Assembly (NCBI GenBank): GCA_965209055.1
Contig: OZ242374.1
Location: 544,001 to 608,000, forward strand
From: Acidobacteriota bacterium
GTDB taxonomy: Bacteria > Acidobacteriota > UBA6911 > RPQK01 > JAJDTT01
DNA: 64,000 nucleotides
Reading direction: 5' to 3'
Part shown: piece by piece, positions 49,452 through 59,983 of the stretch
Numbering within the stretch: position 1 is the first letter of the stretch
How the letters are laid out: the number at the start of each line of letters is the position of its first letter
Translations under genes and position numbers: made by a program
The notes under the pieces: model-generated
Seen by the model: the letters and a program-made list of their open reading frames with translations, nothing else
Database searches by the model: none
What the model was told of the DNA's origin: nothing

Positions 49452-50291
49452 GTGAAGGAGAAAATGGGAAAGCACCTCGAGTCGAACGAACCGTATCTGC
49501 TCGGCACCCATGCGGCGGAGGAAAGCCGCCTGGAAACTCAACACCGATTGTGGGCGGGGGAAGCGCGCGACCTCTGGGACCGCGCGGGATTCGGGCCGGG
49601 TGCACGGCTGCTCGATCTCGGCTGCGGTCCGGGATTCGCCACCTTTGAGCTGGCAGAACGGGTCGGCGCAGGAGGCCGGGTGCTCGCCGTCGACGAGTCG
49701 GGGCGTTTCATCGGCAGACTGACCCGCGAAGCGAAACGGCTCGGGTTCAAGCAAATCACCGCGCGGGTGGAGCGGGCCGAGATGGTGCGGCTGGAACCGG
49801 CCTCGCTGGACGGCGCCTTCGTGCGCTGGCTTTTCTGCTTCCTGCCCGATCCGGCCGCGGTCATCGGCCGGGTCGCAAACGGTCTGCGGCCCGGTGGCCG
49901 CTTCGTGGCCTGGGACTTCCTGAACTTCGACGGGATGACGCTCCTGCCACGGAGCCCGGCATTCCAACGCGTCCACGCGGCGGTCTACGAGAGCTTTGCG
50001 AGCAACGGCGGTGATCTCAACATCGGCGACCGGCTGCCGGGACTGATCGCGGCTTCGGGCTGCCGTCTGGTCGACCTGGTCCCTCTCGTGCGGTTCATCC
50101 GGCCCGGGACAAGTTTCTGGAAGTGGCCGACTCAGTTCTTCTCCAACTTCATTCCACAGTTGGTTGAAAACGGCCTATTGACGGAATCGGAACGTCTTGC
50201 GTTTGAAGCCGAGTGGCGGGATCGGGAACGGGATCCGGGCACGTTCCTGTTTGCCGCGCCCATGATCGGCATCGTCGCCGAGAAGATGTAG
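49452..50291 (+). CDS. Class I SAM-dependent methyltransferase
   Basis: YLLG...E..RL..QH, LLDLGCGPG and LRPGGRF. Confidence 0.9.
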   Translation: MKEKMGKHLESNEPYLLGTHAAEESRLETQHRLWAGEARDLWDRAGFGPGARLLDLGCGPGFATFELAERVGAGGRVLAVDESGRFIGRLTREAKRLGFKQITARVERAEMVRLEPASLDGAFVRWLFCFLPDPAAVIGRVANGLRPGGRFVAWDFLNFDGMTLLPRSPAFQRVHAAVYESFASNGGDLNIGDRLPGLIAASGCRLVDLVPLVRFIRPGTSFWKWPTQFFSNFIPQLVENGLLTESERLAFEAEWRDRERDPGTFLFAAPMIGIVAEKM

Positions 50292-50330
50292 CGCCGGCAT
50301 CAGGCCGTAAGGCCATCGGACGGAAAGCCA

Positions 50331-51956
50331 GTGAAAAAACATGAACCACGTATCCGCAAAAAAAAGCGGAACAGCACCGATCAGTCGGCGGAGCGGGATT
50401 TCGTACAGCTTCCCAGAAGACAGATCGTGCTGACGATGCTGGGGGTGATGTCCGCGGTATTTCTGGCCATGGTGAGCCAGACCGTCGTGGCCACGGCCAT
50501 GCCGCGCATCGTCGCCGATCTGGGTGGATTCGACCGCTACACGTGGGTGGCGGCCGCCTATCTCATCGCGTCCACGGTGGCCATCCCCATCGCCGGGCGA
50601 CTCACCGACATCTACGCGCGCAAGGGATTTCTCGTCCTGGGGCTCGTCGTATTCATCGCCGGCTCCGTAGCGGCCGGATTCAGCCAGTCGATGAATCAGC
50701 TCATCGCTGCCCGGGCCTTTCAGGGTATCGGCGGCGGAATCCTCATGACCATGAGCCTCCGTTCCATCCCGGATCTTTTTCCGCCCCGGAAACGGGGCAG
50801 GTTTCAGGGACTGATCGCCCTCGTGTTCGGCATGGCCTCGGTCATCGGGCCGGGGCTGGGGGGCTTCATCACGGATCAACTCTCCTGGAACTGGGTCTTC
50901 CTGATCAATCTTCCTGCCGGGATTCCAGTGCTCCTGCTGGTCATGCGCACCTTCCCCAACATCAGTCCCGTGGCCGGAGATCGCAAGCTGGACTATCCGG
51001 GGATGATGGCTCTGGTGCTTTCCGTAGTGCCCGTGATGCTGGCGTTGTCGTGGGCAGGAAACCAGTACGATTGGGCGTCACCGCAGGTCATGGGCCTCCT
51101 GGGCTTCGGGTTGGCGATGGCCGGGTTGTTCGTGGTCGTGGAATCCAGGTCCGATTCCCCCATCATGCCCCTGGAAATCTACAGAAACCGGATGGTATCC
51201 ATCTCGGCGCTCGTCGCATTCGTGACCGGGTTCGGGCTGTACGGGAGCATCATTTTTCTGCCGCTGTTCTTCCAGGCTGTCCTGGGCGCTTCCGCGACGG
51301 GAAGCGGCGGCTTTTTGACCCCCATGTTGCTGGGAATCGTCGTCGGCTCCATTCTGGCCGGCAGGCGGCTTTCCCGATCCGGCGGTCAATACCGGAGGCA
51401 GGGGCTGGCCACCACAGGCTGCATGGCCGTCGGCATGATTCTCATCTCTGCCATGACCGGGAGCACCAGCTTCGGCGCCGCAGTGGGATACATCGTGATC
51501 ATGGGGCTCGGCGTGGGAGGAACGCTGGCCACCTTTGCGGTGGCGGTGCAGAATTCGGTTTCGGCCCGGGTCATGGGAACCGCCACCTCGGCGCTACATT
51601 TCTTCAGGCTGATCGGCGGGACGACGGGTCTCGCCCTGCTGGGCGCCTTGTTGAGGCACAGGTTCTCGCTGCGGGTGGAAGAGACGGTTTCGGCCACCAC
51701 AAGGGCCGCTCTCCCTCCCGGACGGCTTGACGCCATAACGGACAACCCGCGGGCGCTGATCGATCCGTCCGCCATCGACGAACTGAGATCCGGATTCTCC
51801 GGCGCCGGTGCCGACACTGCGGCGCTGGCGGACACTCTTCTCAGCGACCTGAATTCCGCGTTGTCGGCAGCGGTTGGAGACGTGTTTACGGTCAGCGCCG
51901 CAGTCATGGCGGGCGCCGTGGCCATCACCCTCTTTCTGAAGAGGTCACGCGTCTGA
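50331..51956 (+). CDS. MFS DHA2 (EmrB/QacA-like, 14-TM) efflux transporter
   Basis: QTVVATAMPRIVADLGG, GRLTDIYARK, ARAFQGIGGG and WNWVFLINLP. Confidence 0.93.
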   Translation: MKKHEPRIRKKKRNSTDQSAERDFVQLPRRQIVLTMLGVMSAVFLAMVSQTVVATAMPRIVADLGGFDRYTWVAAAYLIASTVAIPIAGRLTDIYARKGFLVLGLVVFIAGSVAAGFSQSMNQLIAARAFQGIGGGILMTMSLRSIPDLFPPRKRGRFQGLIALVFGMASVIGPGLGGFITDQLSWNWVFLINLPAGIPVLLLVMRTFPNISPVAGDRKLDYPGMMALVLSVVPVMLALSWAGNQYDWASPQVMGLLGFGLAMAGLFVVVESRSDSPIMPLEIYRNRMVSISALVAFVTGFGLYGSIIFLPLFFQAVLGASATGSGGFLTPMLLGIVVGSILAGRRLSRSGGQYRRQGLATTGCMAVGMILISAMTGSTSFGAAVGYIVIMGLGVGGTLATFAVAVQNSVSARVMGTATSALHFFRLIGGTTGLALLGALLRHRFSLRVEETVSATTRAALPPGRLDAITDNPRALIDPSAIDELRSGFSGAGADTAALADTLLSDLNSALSAAVGDVFTVSAAVMAGAVAITLFLKRSRV

Positions 51957-53069
51957 AGGCACGGGGCGAACGCGGACTCGCTTGCCGTTCAGGAGGGTCC
52001 CGACCCAGGTATATCGAACTGCCCACGCATAGACCGCCAGCAGCAGACCCGTTACGGCGACGCAGATCGACACGAACGCCAGGTGTGGATTGAGGGACCT
52101 CTCCGCGGCCAGCCGCTGGCCCCAGACCACCAGCGGCAGATGCATGACGTAGATCCAGTAGGAGGCGTCCGAGACATACCGCACCCAGGATCGCTCCCGG
52201 GCCGCAACCCGCCGGAACAGTCCCATCAGGCCAAAGCAGGCCATCCAGGTGTACGCGACCTGAAACGCTGCCGCTCCCACCGGCACCCAGGCCGTTTTCG
52301 GATCCACGAAGCCGATTCTCCCGGGATAGAGAAACACCAGCGCCAGCGCCAGCAGCGGCAGCGCCAGCGGGAGCCCTGAGGACCACCACCGGCGCACCGG
52401 GACGCTCCGCTGATGGAGCAGGACGCCGGCCAGGAAGAAGACGAGATAGTAAACGATGATCGGAAGCTCGGGCAGGAATCCGCCGGAGACGTCGGCGCCC
52501 ACGATCTGGCGCATGAAATACTGCGGCACGATGGCCGCAGGGACGAGCATCCACCACCTGGGATGCCGGAACCGCAAGCCGAGCCTGGCGGCGATGCCGA
52601 AAGCTCCGACGATCAGCAACAGGTGCCAGAGAAACCAGAGATGGTAGAAGTGCTCCGGCCAGGTGATCGGGTCGTTTTCCCCTTCGGTGAATGCCCAATG
52701 AGTGAGGGGGATGACGGTGACCATTGCCAGCAGCAGCGGCAGTCCGACGTACCTCAAGCGGGCCCTGACCATCTGCGCCAACCCCCGGCGCCGCCATTGC
52801 ATGGCGGTGAAATATCCGCTCAGGATGAAAAACAGCGGCATGAGAACTCCGGCCAGGGCGCTGAACAGGTAGACGTAAGGGTTGTAATGAGGTTCCGTGT
52901 CCTCGGCGTAGACATGTTTCCCCGGCCAGAAGTCCGAGAAGGGCATCAGGAAACACAACGCGTGCAACAAGACGACGAGCAGCATGGCAACGGCGCGCAG
53001 AGCGTCGAGTTCGTGAATCCGGCTCTCGGCAGGCGGCTCTCCATTCGTCCGGGATGCTCTCAGCGACAA
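51945..53069 (-). CDS. Acyltransferase family 3 (OpgC/MdoC-like)
   Basis: RIHELDALRAVAMLLVVLLH, MPLFFILSGYF, HLWFLW and DASYWIYVMHLP. Confidence 0.88.
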   Translation of the reverse strand: MSLRASRTNGEPPAESRIHELDALRAVAMLLVVLLHALCFLMPFSDFWPGKHVYAEDTEPHYNPYVYLFSALAGVLMPLFFILSGYFTAMQWRRRGLAQMVRARLRYVGLPLLLAMVTVIPLTHWAFTEGENDPITWPEHFYHLWFLWHLLLIVGAFGIAARLGLRFRHPRWWMLVPAAIVPQYFMRQIVGADVSGGFLPELPIIVYYLVFFLAGVLLHQRSVPVRRWWSSGLPLALPLLALALVFLYPGRIGFVDPKTAWVPVGAAAFQVAYTWMACFGLMGLFRRVAARERSWVRYVSDASYWIYVMHLPLVVWGQRLAAERSLNPHLAFVSICVAVTGLLLAVYAWAVRYTWVGTLLNGKRVRVRPVPSDA

Positions 53070-53087
53070 GGGTTTCCTGCTCCTGGA

Positions 53088-53837
53088 TCAGTAGGTCGTA
53101 CGCCCGCCGCTGACGTCGAATACCGCGCCGGTGCTGTAGGAACACTCGTCCGATGACAGCCAGGCGACGAGCGCCGCGACCTCGGACACCGTCCCGGTGC
53201 GCCCCATGGGAATCCGGCTGATCATGCCTGCGATCCGCTCCTTCGTCAGTCTTTCCAACAGACGGGTCATGACCGCGCCGGGAGTGACGCAGTTCACCCG
53301 TATGCCCGTTTTCGCCAGTTCCAAGCCGATTGATTTGGTGAGGCTGATGACGCCGGCCTTGGTAGCGGCATAGGGCACAGCCCCGGCGACCCCCTCCTTG
53401 CCGGAGGCGGAGGAGACGTTGACGATGCGGCCATAGTCCCGCTCCATCATGTGCGGAATCACATGATGACAAAAGGCGAACACGCCGCGGAGGTTGGTCC
53501 GGTAGATGCGGTCCATCTCCTCCACCGGCATTTCCCAGGTCTTGGCAACGGGGCTCCCCACACCCGCGTTGTTCACCAGTATGTCGATGCGGCCCCACCG
53601 GTCGATCGACGTCCGGACCGCTTCACGGGCTGTCGCCTCGTCCCCCACGTCGCCGACGACGACCTCTGACGGCACCCCCTGACGGGCGAGAGTGCGCGAT
53701 GCCTGCCGGGCGGGACCGGGGTTCACGTCAACGACGGTCATCCGGGCCCCTTCACTCGCGAGACGTTGTGCGATACCGAAGCCGAGACCCTCTGCCGCGC
53801 CGGTGACGATGGCCACCCGGCCTTCGAACCTGGACAT
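53088..53837 (-). CDS. Short-chain dehydrogenase/reductase (FabG-like)
   Basis: TGAAEGLG, NNAG, YAATK and NCVTPG. Confidence 0.93.
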   Translation of the reverse strand: MSRFEGRVAIVTGAAEGLGFGIAQRLASEGARMTVVDVNPGPARQASRTLARQGVPSEVVVGDVGDEATAREAVRTSIDRWGRIDILVNNAGVGSPVAKTWEMPVEEMDRIYRTNLRGVFAFCHHVIPHMMERDYGRIVNVSSASGKEGVAGAVPYAATKAGVISLTKSIGLELAKTGIRVNCVTPGAVMTRLLERLTKERIAGMISRIPMGRTGTVSEVAALVAWLSSDECSYSTGAVFDVSGGRTTY

Positions 53838-54037
53838 CCGTCCTCCTCCGTATCCGGCCCTTTCCAACTATACATTCGCCGGCTGCGCCGCCGCACGGCT
53901 CCAGGATCTCGCCAGCCGGAGGGACGTTTCGCGACGATGAAAATGGGCCCGGAGATTTGAGAGTCGGCGGACTTTCCCCCAATATCCAATGACCGCGCGA
54001 CACGCCGGCACGGCTCAGACCGGGAGAATTTGAGCAG

Positions 54038-54943
54038 TTGTTGGAAACCTGGGTCCCCATCACCATCGCGGCGGCATTCTTTCAGAACGCCAGGTCGTCG
54101 CTGCAGAAGCACCTCAAGGGATCGTTGAGCACGTCGGCAGCGGCTTACGTGCGTTTTTTCTATGCCCTGCCCTTCGTCCTCCTCTATCTGGCAATCCTCC
54201 GTTTCGGCGCCGAGTACGACTTCCCGGAGTTCAACCGGCGGTTTCTTTTCTTCGTGGTCCTGGGCTCCACGGCCCAGATCGCCGGGACGGCGCTCCTGAT
54301 CCACCTCTTTTCGTTCCGGAACTTCGTCGTCGCCACGGCTTACTCGAAAACGGAGACGATCCAGGCGGCCATCGCCGGAATGCTCATCCTCTCGGACTCC
54401 ATTACCGCATGGGCGCTGCTGGCCATCGTCGTGAGCCTGGCCGGCGTCATGCTGATGGCCATCGCCAGGCGGCAGTTGGCAGCCCGGGAATTGCTCGCCT
54501 CCCTGTTCGGAAGGACGGCGGGAATCGGTTTGGCCAGCGGCGCCGGGTTCGGTCTTGCCGCCGTCTCCTACCGGGCTGGCAGCCTCTCCCTCGGCGGCGA
54601 CTACGTTGCATCGGCCGCGTGCACGCTCGCAGCCGCCCTCTTGTTCCAAACCGTGACCATGGGACTCTACCTGCGGCTGAGGGAGCCGGGACAGTTGACC
54701 CTGGTCTTCAGGTCCTGGAGGATTTCAGGCGCCGTCGGTCTGGCCGGGATGTCGGCCTCTGCCTGCTGGTTCACGGCCATGACCATTCAAAACGCCGCCC
54801 ACGTGAAGGCATTGGGCCAAGTGGAGCTGCTCTTCGCCTTCATGGTGTCCACCGCTTTCTTTCGTGAGCGGGTCACGGGTCGGGAACTGCTCGGAGTCCT
54901 GCTGGTGGTGACGGGAATACTGATCCTGCTGCTTCGAGGGTAA
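54038..54943 (+). CDS. DMT/EamA-family transporter
   Basis: About 10 TM segments in two repeats; YSKTE and ALGQVELLF. Confidence 0.85.
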   Translation: MLETWVPITIAAAFFQNARSSLQKHLKGSLSTSAAAYVRFFYALPFVLLYLAILRFGAEYDFPEFNRRFLFFVVLGSTAQIAGTALLIHLFSFRNFVVATAYSKTETIQAAIAGMLILSDSITAWALLAIVVSLAGVMLMAIARRQLAARELLASLFGRTAGIGLASGAGFGLAAVSYRAGSLSLGGDYVASAACTLAAALLFQTVTMGLYLRLREPGQLTLVFRSWRISGAVGLAGMSASACWFTAMTIQNAAHVKALGQVELLFAFMVSTAFFRERVTGRELLGVLLVVTGILILLLRG

Positions 54944-54961
54944 TAGGGAGCGAGGTGAGAC

Positions 54962-56263
54962 TTGAGAGAAGGCGGCGACTCGTTTTATAAACCGGCACCC
55001 ATTCCCCGCTCCTTTCTGGAATACGTCCGGTCCATGGGACCCGGGATCGTGGTCGTCCTGACCTGGCTGGGAGCCGGGGACATCGTCGAGTCGGCCATGG
55101 CCGGGGGGAATTACGGCTATTCCCTCATGTGGGGCTTTGCGCTCTGCCTGATCCTCCGCTACCTGTTCGTCTCCCTCATTGCCAAATACCAGCTTTGCAA
55201 CCGGCGAGGCGAGACGGTGTTGGCGGGCCTGGGGCGTCTGCACCCCCTCTTCGCGCTCATCGTCCTCACGGGGACTTTGTTGCTCACCCACGGCATCGGC
55301 GTATTTCTGCTGGTGGGAACGGCCGGGATCTGCGTCAAGGTGACGGGAATCGGCAGCATTCCGGTGTGGGGAGCCGCTTTGGCCCTGGCCGTTCTGCTCC
55401 TGGTGATCCGGCCCCACTACCGGCGAATCGAAGTAATCTTTTTCGTGCTCGCGGGCGCCCTGTCGGTTTCGCTGATCGGACTGGCCGGTTGGTCCGGGCC
55501 GTCAGCAACAGGAATCGTCAAGGGTGTTCTGGGTTTACAGGTTCCCGAGACCCTGGGACGCTTCGACGCCATCTACCTCATGGTGGCCATGGTAGGCGCC
55601 ATTGCCGGCAGCCTGGGGAATCTCCTCTACCCCTACTTCATGCGGGAAAAGGGATGGGTCACACCCGGCCACCGGCGGGTGCAGAAATACGACCTGATAT
55701 TGGGCATCATCGTGCTGATCGTCCTGGATCTCTCCATCTGGGTCGTGGGGGCCGAAGTCCTCCATCCCAGAAACATCCAGGTCGTGGACCTGGAGAGCCT
55801 CTCGCTGCTCCTGGGCGAAACCATGGGCGAGGCAGGTTCTCTACTGTTCTACATGGGCGTCTTCGCTGCCCTGTTCAGTTCCATGGTGGGAAACGGCAGC
55901 GCCTACGCCATGCTCATCGCCGACGCCTATATTCAGCTCCGGCCCTCGGCTCGGGAGGCCTGCGGCGGCGATTACAAACGGCATCCCAGTCTTCGTCTGG
56001 CCACCTACTGGGTCGTTCTCTCACCCCTGATCTGGGTGTTTCTGGGCTACTCGGACTTCGTCGGTCTGACGGTGACGGTCAACGCCGCGCAGGTGGTGGT
56101 CCTCCCCTTCCTGGTGGCCGGAATCTGGATCTTGACGGCTCGCCGAGTCCATATCGGTGCCGAATATCGAAACCGCTGGTGGGACAACGTCCTGGTGGGG
56201 TTCCTGTTCGCCGTGGCGGCCGTCAGCGGATACTTCTCGGCGGTGAAGGTTTTGGGCCTCTGA
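54962..56263 (+). CDS. Nramp-like (non-canonical) transporter
   Basis: MGPGIVVVLTWLGAGD...GGNYGYSLMW; about 11 TM segments. Confidence 0.82.
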   Translation: MREGGDSFYKPAPIPRSFLEYVRSMGPGIVVVLTWLGAGDIVESAMAGGNYGYSLMWGFALCLILRYLFVSLIAKYQLCNRRGETVLAGLGRLHPLFALIVLTGTLLLTHGIGVFLLVGTAGICVKVTGIGSIPVWGAALALAVLLLVIRPHYRRIEVIFFVLAGALSVSLIGLAGWSGPSATGIVKGVLGLQVPETLGRFDAIYLMVAMVGAIAGSLGNLLYPYFMREKGWVTPGHRRVQKYDLILGIIVLIVLDLSIWVVGAEVLHPRNIQVVDLESLSLLLGETMGEAGSLLFYMGVFAALFSSMVGNGSAYAMLIADAYIQLRPSAREACGGDYKRHPSLRLATYWVVLSPLIWVFLGYSDFVGLTVTVNAAQVVVLPFLVAGIWILTARRVHIGAEYRNRWWDNVLVGFLFAVAAVSGYFSAVKVLGL

Positions 56264-56302
56264 TCGCGGGAGGATTTCACACGCGCCGGCCGAGACGGCC
56301 GT

Positions 56303-57232
56303 TCAGGGGGTTGTCTTCTCGCTGTAGACCTTGGCGACCTGCGATTCGAACCAACTCCCCACGTGGAGGCGGACCGAATCGGGGAGCCGGATGGATTTTT
56401 GCAGCTCCTCGAGGCTCTTCCCGGCCTCCAGCCCCAACGCCACCTCGCGGTGCAGCGCGCGGATGAACGCCTTCTGCTTGCCCAGAAGCGAGCGGTCCGC
56501 GGGGGGGCCGTGTCCCGGCGCCACGGTCTCGACCCGAAGCTTTTCCAGCGCCTCGATGACGCCGATCCAGGAATGCGTGTCCCCGTCCCCCATGTAGTTG
56601 TAGGGGCCGTTGACCACGGCATCTCCGGTAAAGAGGATCCGATGGCGGGGGAGGTAGGCGAAACCGTCGCCGCGGGTGTGGGCGGTTCCGAAGTGGAGCA
56701 GCTCCAAGCGTTGAGTCCCGTCGTCGATGACCAACCGGTCGGGGTAGGTCACGATGGGGGGCTGGGCGCTCCTGAGCCCCAGTGCGGCGACATCCTTGCG
56801 TTTGGCGGTTTCTTCCTTCCAGCGGAGCGGCTCGAAACGATCCATCTCCTGGACCACGTTCTCGTGTGCGACCGTCACGGCTCCGGCGGAGACCCAGACC
56901 GGATTCCCGTACGCGTGGTCGCCGTGATGATGGGTGTCGAAAACCAGCCGCACCGGCTTGTCGGTGACCTGGCGGATGTCGGCCAGGCAGGCTTCGGCGC
57001 CACTCGGGAAGTTGGCGTCGATGACCACCACAAAATCGTTGAAGACCACGACCCCGTTGTTGCAATGGCCCTGGTGCTCCAGTTCTCCCTTCCGAAAATA
57101 GACTCCGGGCGCCAGCTCCGTCAGCGAACCCGGCTCGGAAGAAATCAGCGCCGCAACCATCCCCGAAAACAGCGAGGCGGCGGCAAGCGCCAACAGGATC
57201 CTGGTTCCCAAGGCAGGCACTCTCATCTGCAT
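56303..57232 (-). CDS. Exported metallo-beta-lactamase-fold hydrolase (cyclase-like)
   Basis: THHHGDHAYGN, AHTRGD, LFTGD and PGHG. Confidence 0.9.
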   Translation of the reverse strand: MQMRVPALGTRILLALAAASLFSGMVAALISSEPGSLTELAPGVYFRKGELEHQGHCNNGVVVFNDFVVVIDANFPSGAEACLADIRQVTDKPVRLVFDTHHHGDHAYGNPVWVSAGAVTVAHENVVQEMDRFEPLRWKEETAKRKDVAALGLRSAQPPIVTYPDRLVIDDGTQRLELLHFGTAHTRGDGFAYLPRHRILFTGDAVVNGPYNYMGDGDTHSWIGVIEALEKLRVETVAPGHGPPADRSLLGKQKAFIRALHREVALGLEAGKSLEELQKSIRLPDSVRLHVGSWFESQVAKVYSEKTTP

Positions 57233-57406
57233 TTCCTTCCCGGCTTCATCCCCCGCGATCTTTCGGCGGATTGTATCTTTCGGCCCGAGCACCGGCAAAT
57301 CCCGGAAGAAGTACGCAAGTAATGACTTTTGCGGATGGTTCCCAGGTGCTAACCTGCCCGGTGACGGCAGAGTCTTTCACGGCGCCAAGTTATTAAGGAG
57401 AGTTCA

Positions 57407-58453
57407 ATGGTTCAAAGAATCCGAAACCTGATTCTCGGGTCCCTGGCCTGCCTGGTGTTGAGCCAGCCGGGCCTGGCCCAGTTCCCCTCCGGAGACCCCA
57501 GCATCATCGCCGCCGGCGTCACGCTGGAGAAGCTCTTCGAAGGCGGATGCATTCTCACCGAAGGGGTCGCGGCGGCCCCGGACGGCACCATTTACTTCAG
57601 CGACATCACGTTCACGTTCACGTGTAAGAACGAGAAGGGTGAACCCGAAGCCGGGCACATCTGGAAGTATGACCCCAAGACCGGCGAGACCACTATCTTC
57701 CGTTCCCCCAGCGGCATGTCCAACGGCATCAAGTTCGATGCCCGGGGCGACATGATCATCGCCGAAGGCGCCGATTACGGCGGTCGGCGGATCGTCCGCA
57801 CCGACATGAAGACCGGAAAGAGCTACATCATCGCGGGAATGTACGAAGGCCGGAAGCTCAATGCCCCCAATGACATCACCATTGATGAAAAGGGGCGGAT
57901 CTATTTCAGCGACCCCCGCTACCTGGGTCACGAAACCGTCGACCAGGCGGTCATGGCCGTGTATCGGATCGACACCGACGGCTCGGTGCACCGGATCATC
58001 ACCGACGCGGGCAAGCCCAACGGCGTAGCCGTCTCCCCCGACCAGAAGACCCTCTACGTGGTCAGCAACGACGACGGGGCCACGGACTTTTCCCGATTGC
58101 CGCAGGGAACGCCGTTGAACAAGAACCGCATGGCGCTGCTGGCCTACGATCTGGCTCCCGACGGTACGGCCAGCTTTCGGGAGGTCCTGGTGGACTATTC
58201 TCCCCAGGATGGACCGGACGGCATGGTGGTGGACGTGGACGGCAATCTCTATGTGACCGTGCGGGATGTGACCCGCCCCGGAGTCGCCGTCTATTCCCCC
58301 GAAGGAGAGGAGCTGGCCTTCATTCCTACCGAGCTGCCGACCAACGTGGGGTTCGGACGCGGGACCGAGAGCAAGACCCTCTACATTACGGCCGGAAAGA
58401 GTCTCTACCGGATCCACGTCAAGCGGGAAGGCTACCAGCTTCCGCCCCGGTAG
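57407..58453 (+). CDS. Secreted SMP-30/gluconolactonase-family protein
   Basis: TEG, SNG, LNAPND, YFSDP, PNG, PDG and PTNVGFG. Confidence 0.93.
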   Translation: MVQRIRNLILGSLACLVLSQPGLAQFPSGDPSIIAAGVTLEKLFEGGCILTEGVAAAPDGTIYFSDITFTFTCKNEKGEPEAGHIWKYDPKTGETTIFRSPSGMSNGIKFDARGDMIIAEGADYGGRRIVRTDMKTGKSYIIAGMYEGRKLNAPNDITIDEKGRIYFSDPRYLGHETVDQAVMAVYRIDTDGSVHRIITDAGKPNGVAVSPDQKTLYVVSNDDGATDFSRLPQGTPLNKNRMALLAYDLAPDGTASFREVLVDYSPQDGPDGMVVDVDGNLYVTVRDVTRPGVAVYSPEGEELAFIPTELPTNVGFGRGTESKTLYITAGKSLYRIHVKREGYQLPPR

Positions 58454-58480
58454 CCGGACGGCCGCGGGGGTCGACGACCC

Positions 58481-59944
58481 TCAGAGAAAGCTCTGAACGT
58501 ACTTCACGATTCCGATCAGGGGGATCACCGTCAGCCCGATCCCGGCCACGAGGGTGCCCAGCCATAGCGGCCATCTCATCCGCAGCTCCTGCGGGAGATG
58601 GTATCGGTCCGACCAGAGCATGGCGAAGCACCAGAGGCCGCAAATGAGACCGGAACCCACCAGGGCCGCCGGCGTGACGATGAAGACCGGGTCCCGTTCC
58701 AGGAACCAGAGCAGGCCCAGGCCGGGCACCGCGCACCAGAGCAGCGTCCAGAGTCGGAACTTCTTCAAGGGGGCCTTCCGCAGCGAGGGGAAGAGCGCCA
58801 CCAGGCATTCCCGGGTGGTCCGGGTGTAGAGTTCGTAGGCGCCGTAGATGGTGCCGAAGAACGCGAAGAAGATGCCGGTCTTGTAGAGCCAGGCGAGCAG
58901 AGTCCGGACCAACGGCGACTGGTCCGGCCGGACCAGGTACCCCAATTGCAGGGTCAGCAGGTCGAACCCGCTGGGGATCTCCTGCCGGGGATAGAGGATG
59001 GTGGCCCCGAGGATGGCGAAACAGAGGGTGAAGATGAAGATGCAGGTGAACGACACCGTCACGTCGGTGCGCGGGGCCCGCAGCCAGGCCAGGCCCCGTT
59101 TCAGATTCTCCCGGCCGGCGTCCAGGGGACCCCGGCCCCGGCTGCCCAGCAGTCCCCAGCCCTTCTCCCGCAGCATTCCCACGTATCCCAGATAGTCCTG
59201 GGTCCCGCCTCCCACCGCTCCCAGGTAGGTGACCATCTCCACCCAGGGATTGCGCCCCCGGAATTCGGCGAAACGTTCCAGGACCCAGCCGTCGTACCTG
59301 GGCCGGGTGGGGACCAGGGTTCCCCCCAGCATGGCCAGGAGATCGGGATTCGACACGGCGGCCGCCAGGACCATGCAGAGGAGCAGCAGACCCACCAGGA
59401 CGGTCTGGACCCGCTCCAGGAATCCGTAGCTCTGAACCCAGGTGAAGGTCAGCGCCACCAGGATGAAGAAGGTCCCCCAGAGCCGGCCGAAGAAGACGTA
59501 GTCGGACACGTTTTCCGGGTCCGGGAAACCGACCACCCAGTTGGTGAACTCTCCCAGCATCTTGGGGAGTCCCCCGCCCACCCAAAAGGGCATCCAGACG
59601 ATGGTCATGACGGAGACGAAGAGGACGAACCAGCCGCGGGGGCCGGGCAGATCCATCCAACTCCGCAAGGGATGGCGGCCGGTCAGGGTGATGAACCGGG
59701 CGCCGGTATAGACCTGGAGGCCCTTCAGGGCGGAGCCGACCAGAAAACACCAGAAGAGGGAATAGCCGAAGACGGCGCCGCCCCGGGAAGCGAAGACAGT
59801 CTCGCCGCTTCCGATGGTGACCGAGGCGATGATGGCGCCCGGACCGAAGAGCTTGAGCATTCCCGTCAGGGAACGATCGCGGAGCTGGGGCGAGAGTTCC
59901 GGGTACCGGACGGGATCCTGATCACCGGACCTTGTCACCGACAC
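58481..59944 (-). CDS. Nramp-like (non-canonical) transporter
   Basis: FGPGAIIASVTIGSGE...GAVFGYSLFW; multiple TM segments. Confidence 0.8.
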   Translation of the reverse strand: MSVTRSGDQDPVRYPELSPQLRDRSLTGMLKLFGPGAIIASVTIGSGETVFASRGGAVFGYSLFWCFLVGSALKGLQVYTGARFITLTGRHPLRSWMDLPGPRGWFVLFVSVMTIVWMPFWVGGGLPKMLGEFTNWVVGFPDPENVSDYVFFGRLWGTFFILVALTFTWVQSYGFLERVQTVLVGLLLLCMVLAAAVSNPDLLAMLGGTLVPTRPRYDGWVLERFAEFRGRNPWVEMVTYLGAVGGGTQDYLGYVGMLREKGWGLLGSRGRGPLDAGRENLKRGLAWLRAPRTDVTVSFTCIFIFTLCFAILGATILYPRQEIPSGFDLLTLQLGYLVRPDQSPLVRTLLAWLYKTGIFFAFFGTIYGAYELYTRTTRECLVALFPSLRKAPLKKFRLWTLLWCAVPGLGLLWFLERDPVFIVTPAALVGSGLICGLWCFAMLWSDRYHLPQELRMRWPLWLGTLVAGIGLTVIPLIGIVKYVQSFL

Positions 59945-59983
59945 TCGCTTTCCTCTTCTCTCGCTCGCGGCACCTGTGTCTTA

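Noticed and set aside
56303-57232. Antibiotic-resistance metallo-beta-lactamase
   Set aside because: The HxHxDH fold is generic, and the sequence resembles cyclase-like MBL hydrolases; nothing supports beta-lactamase activity.
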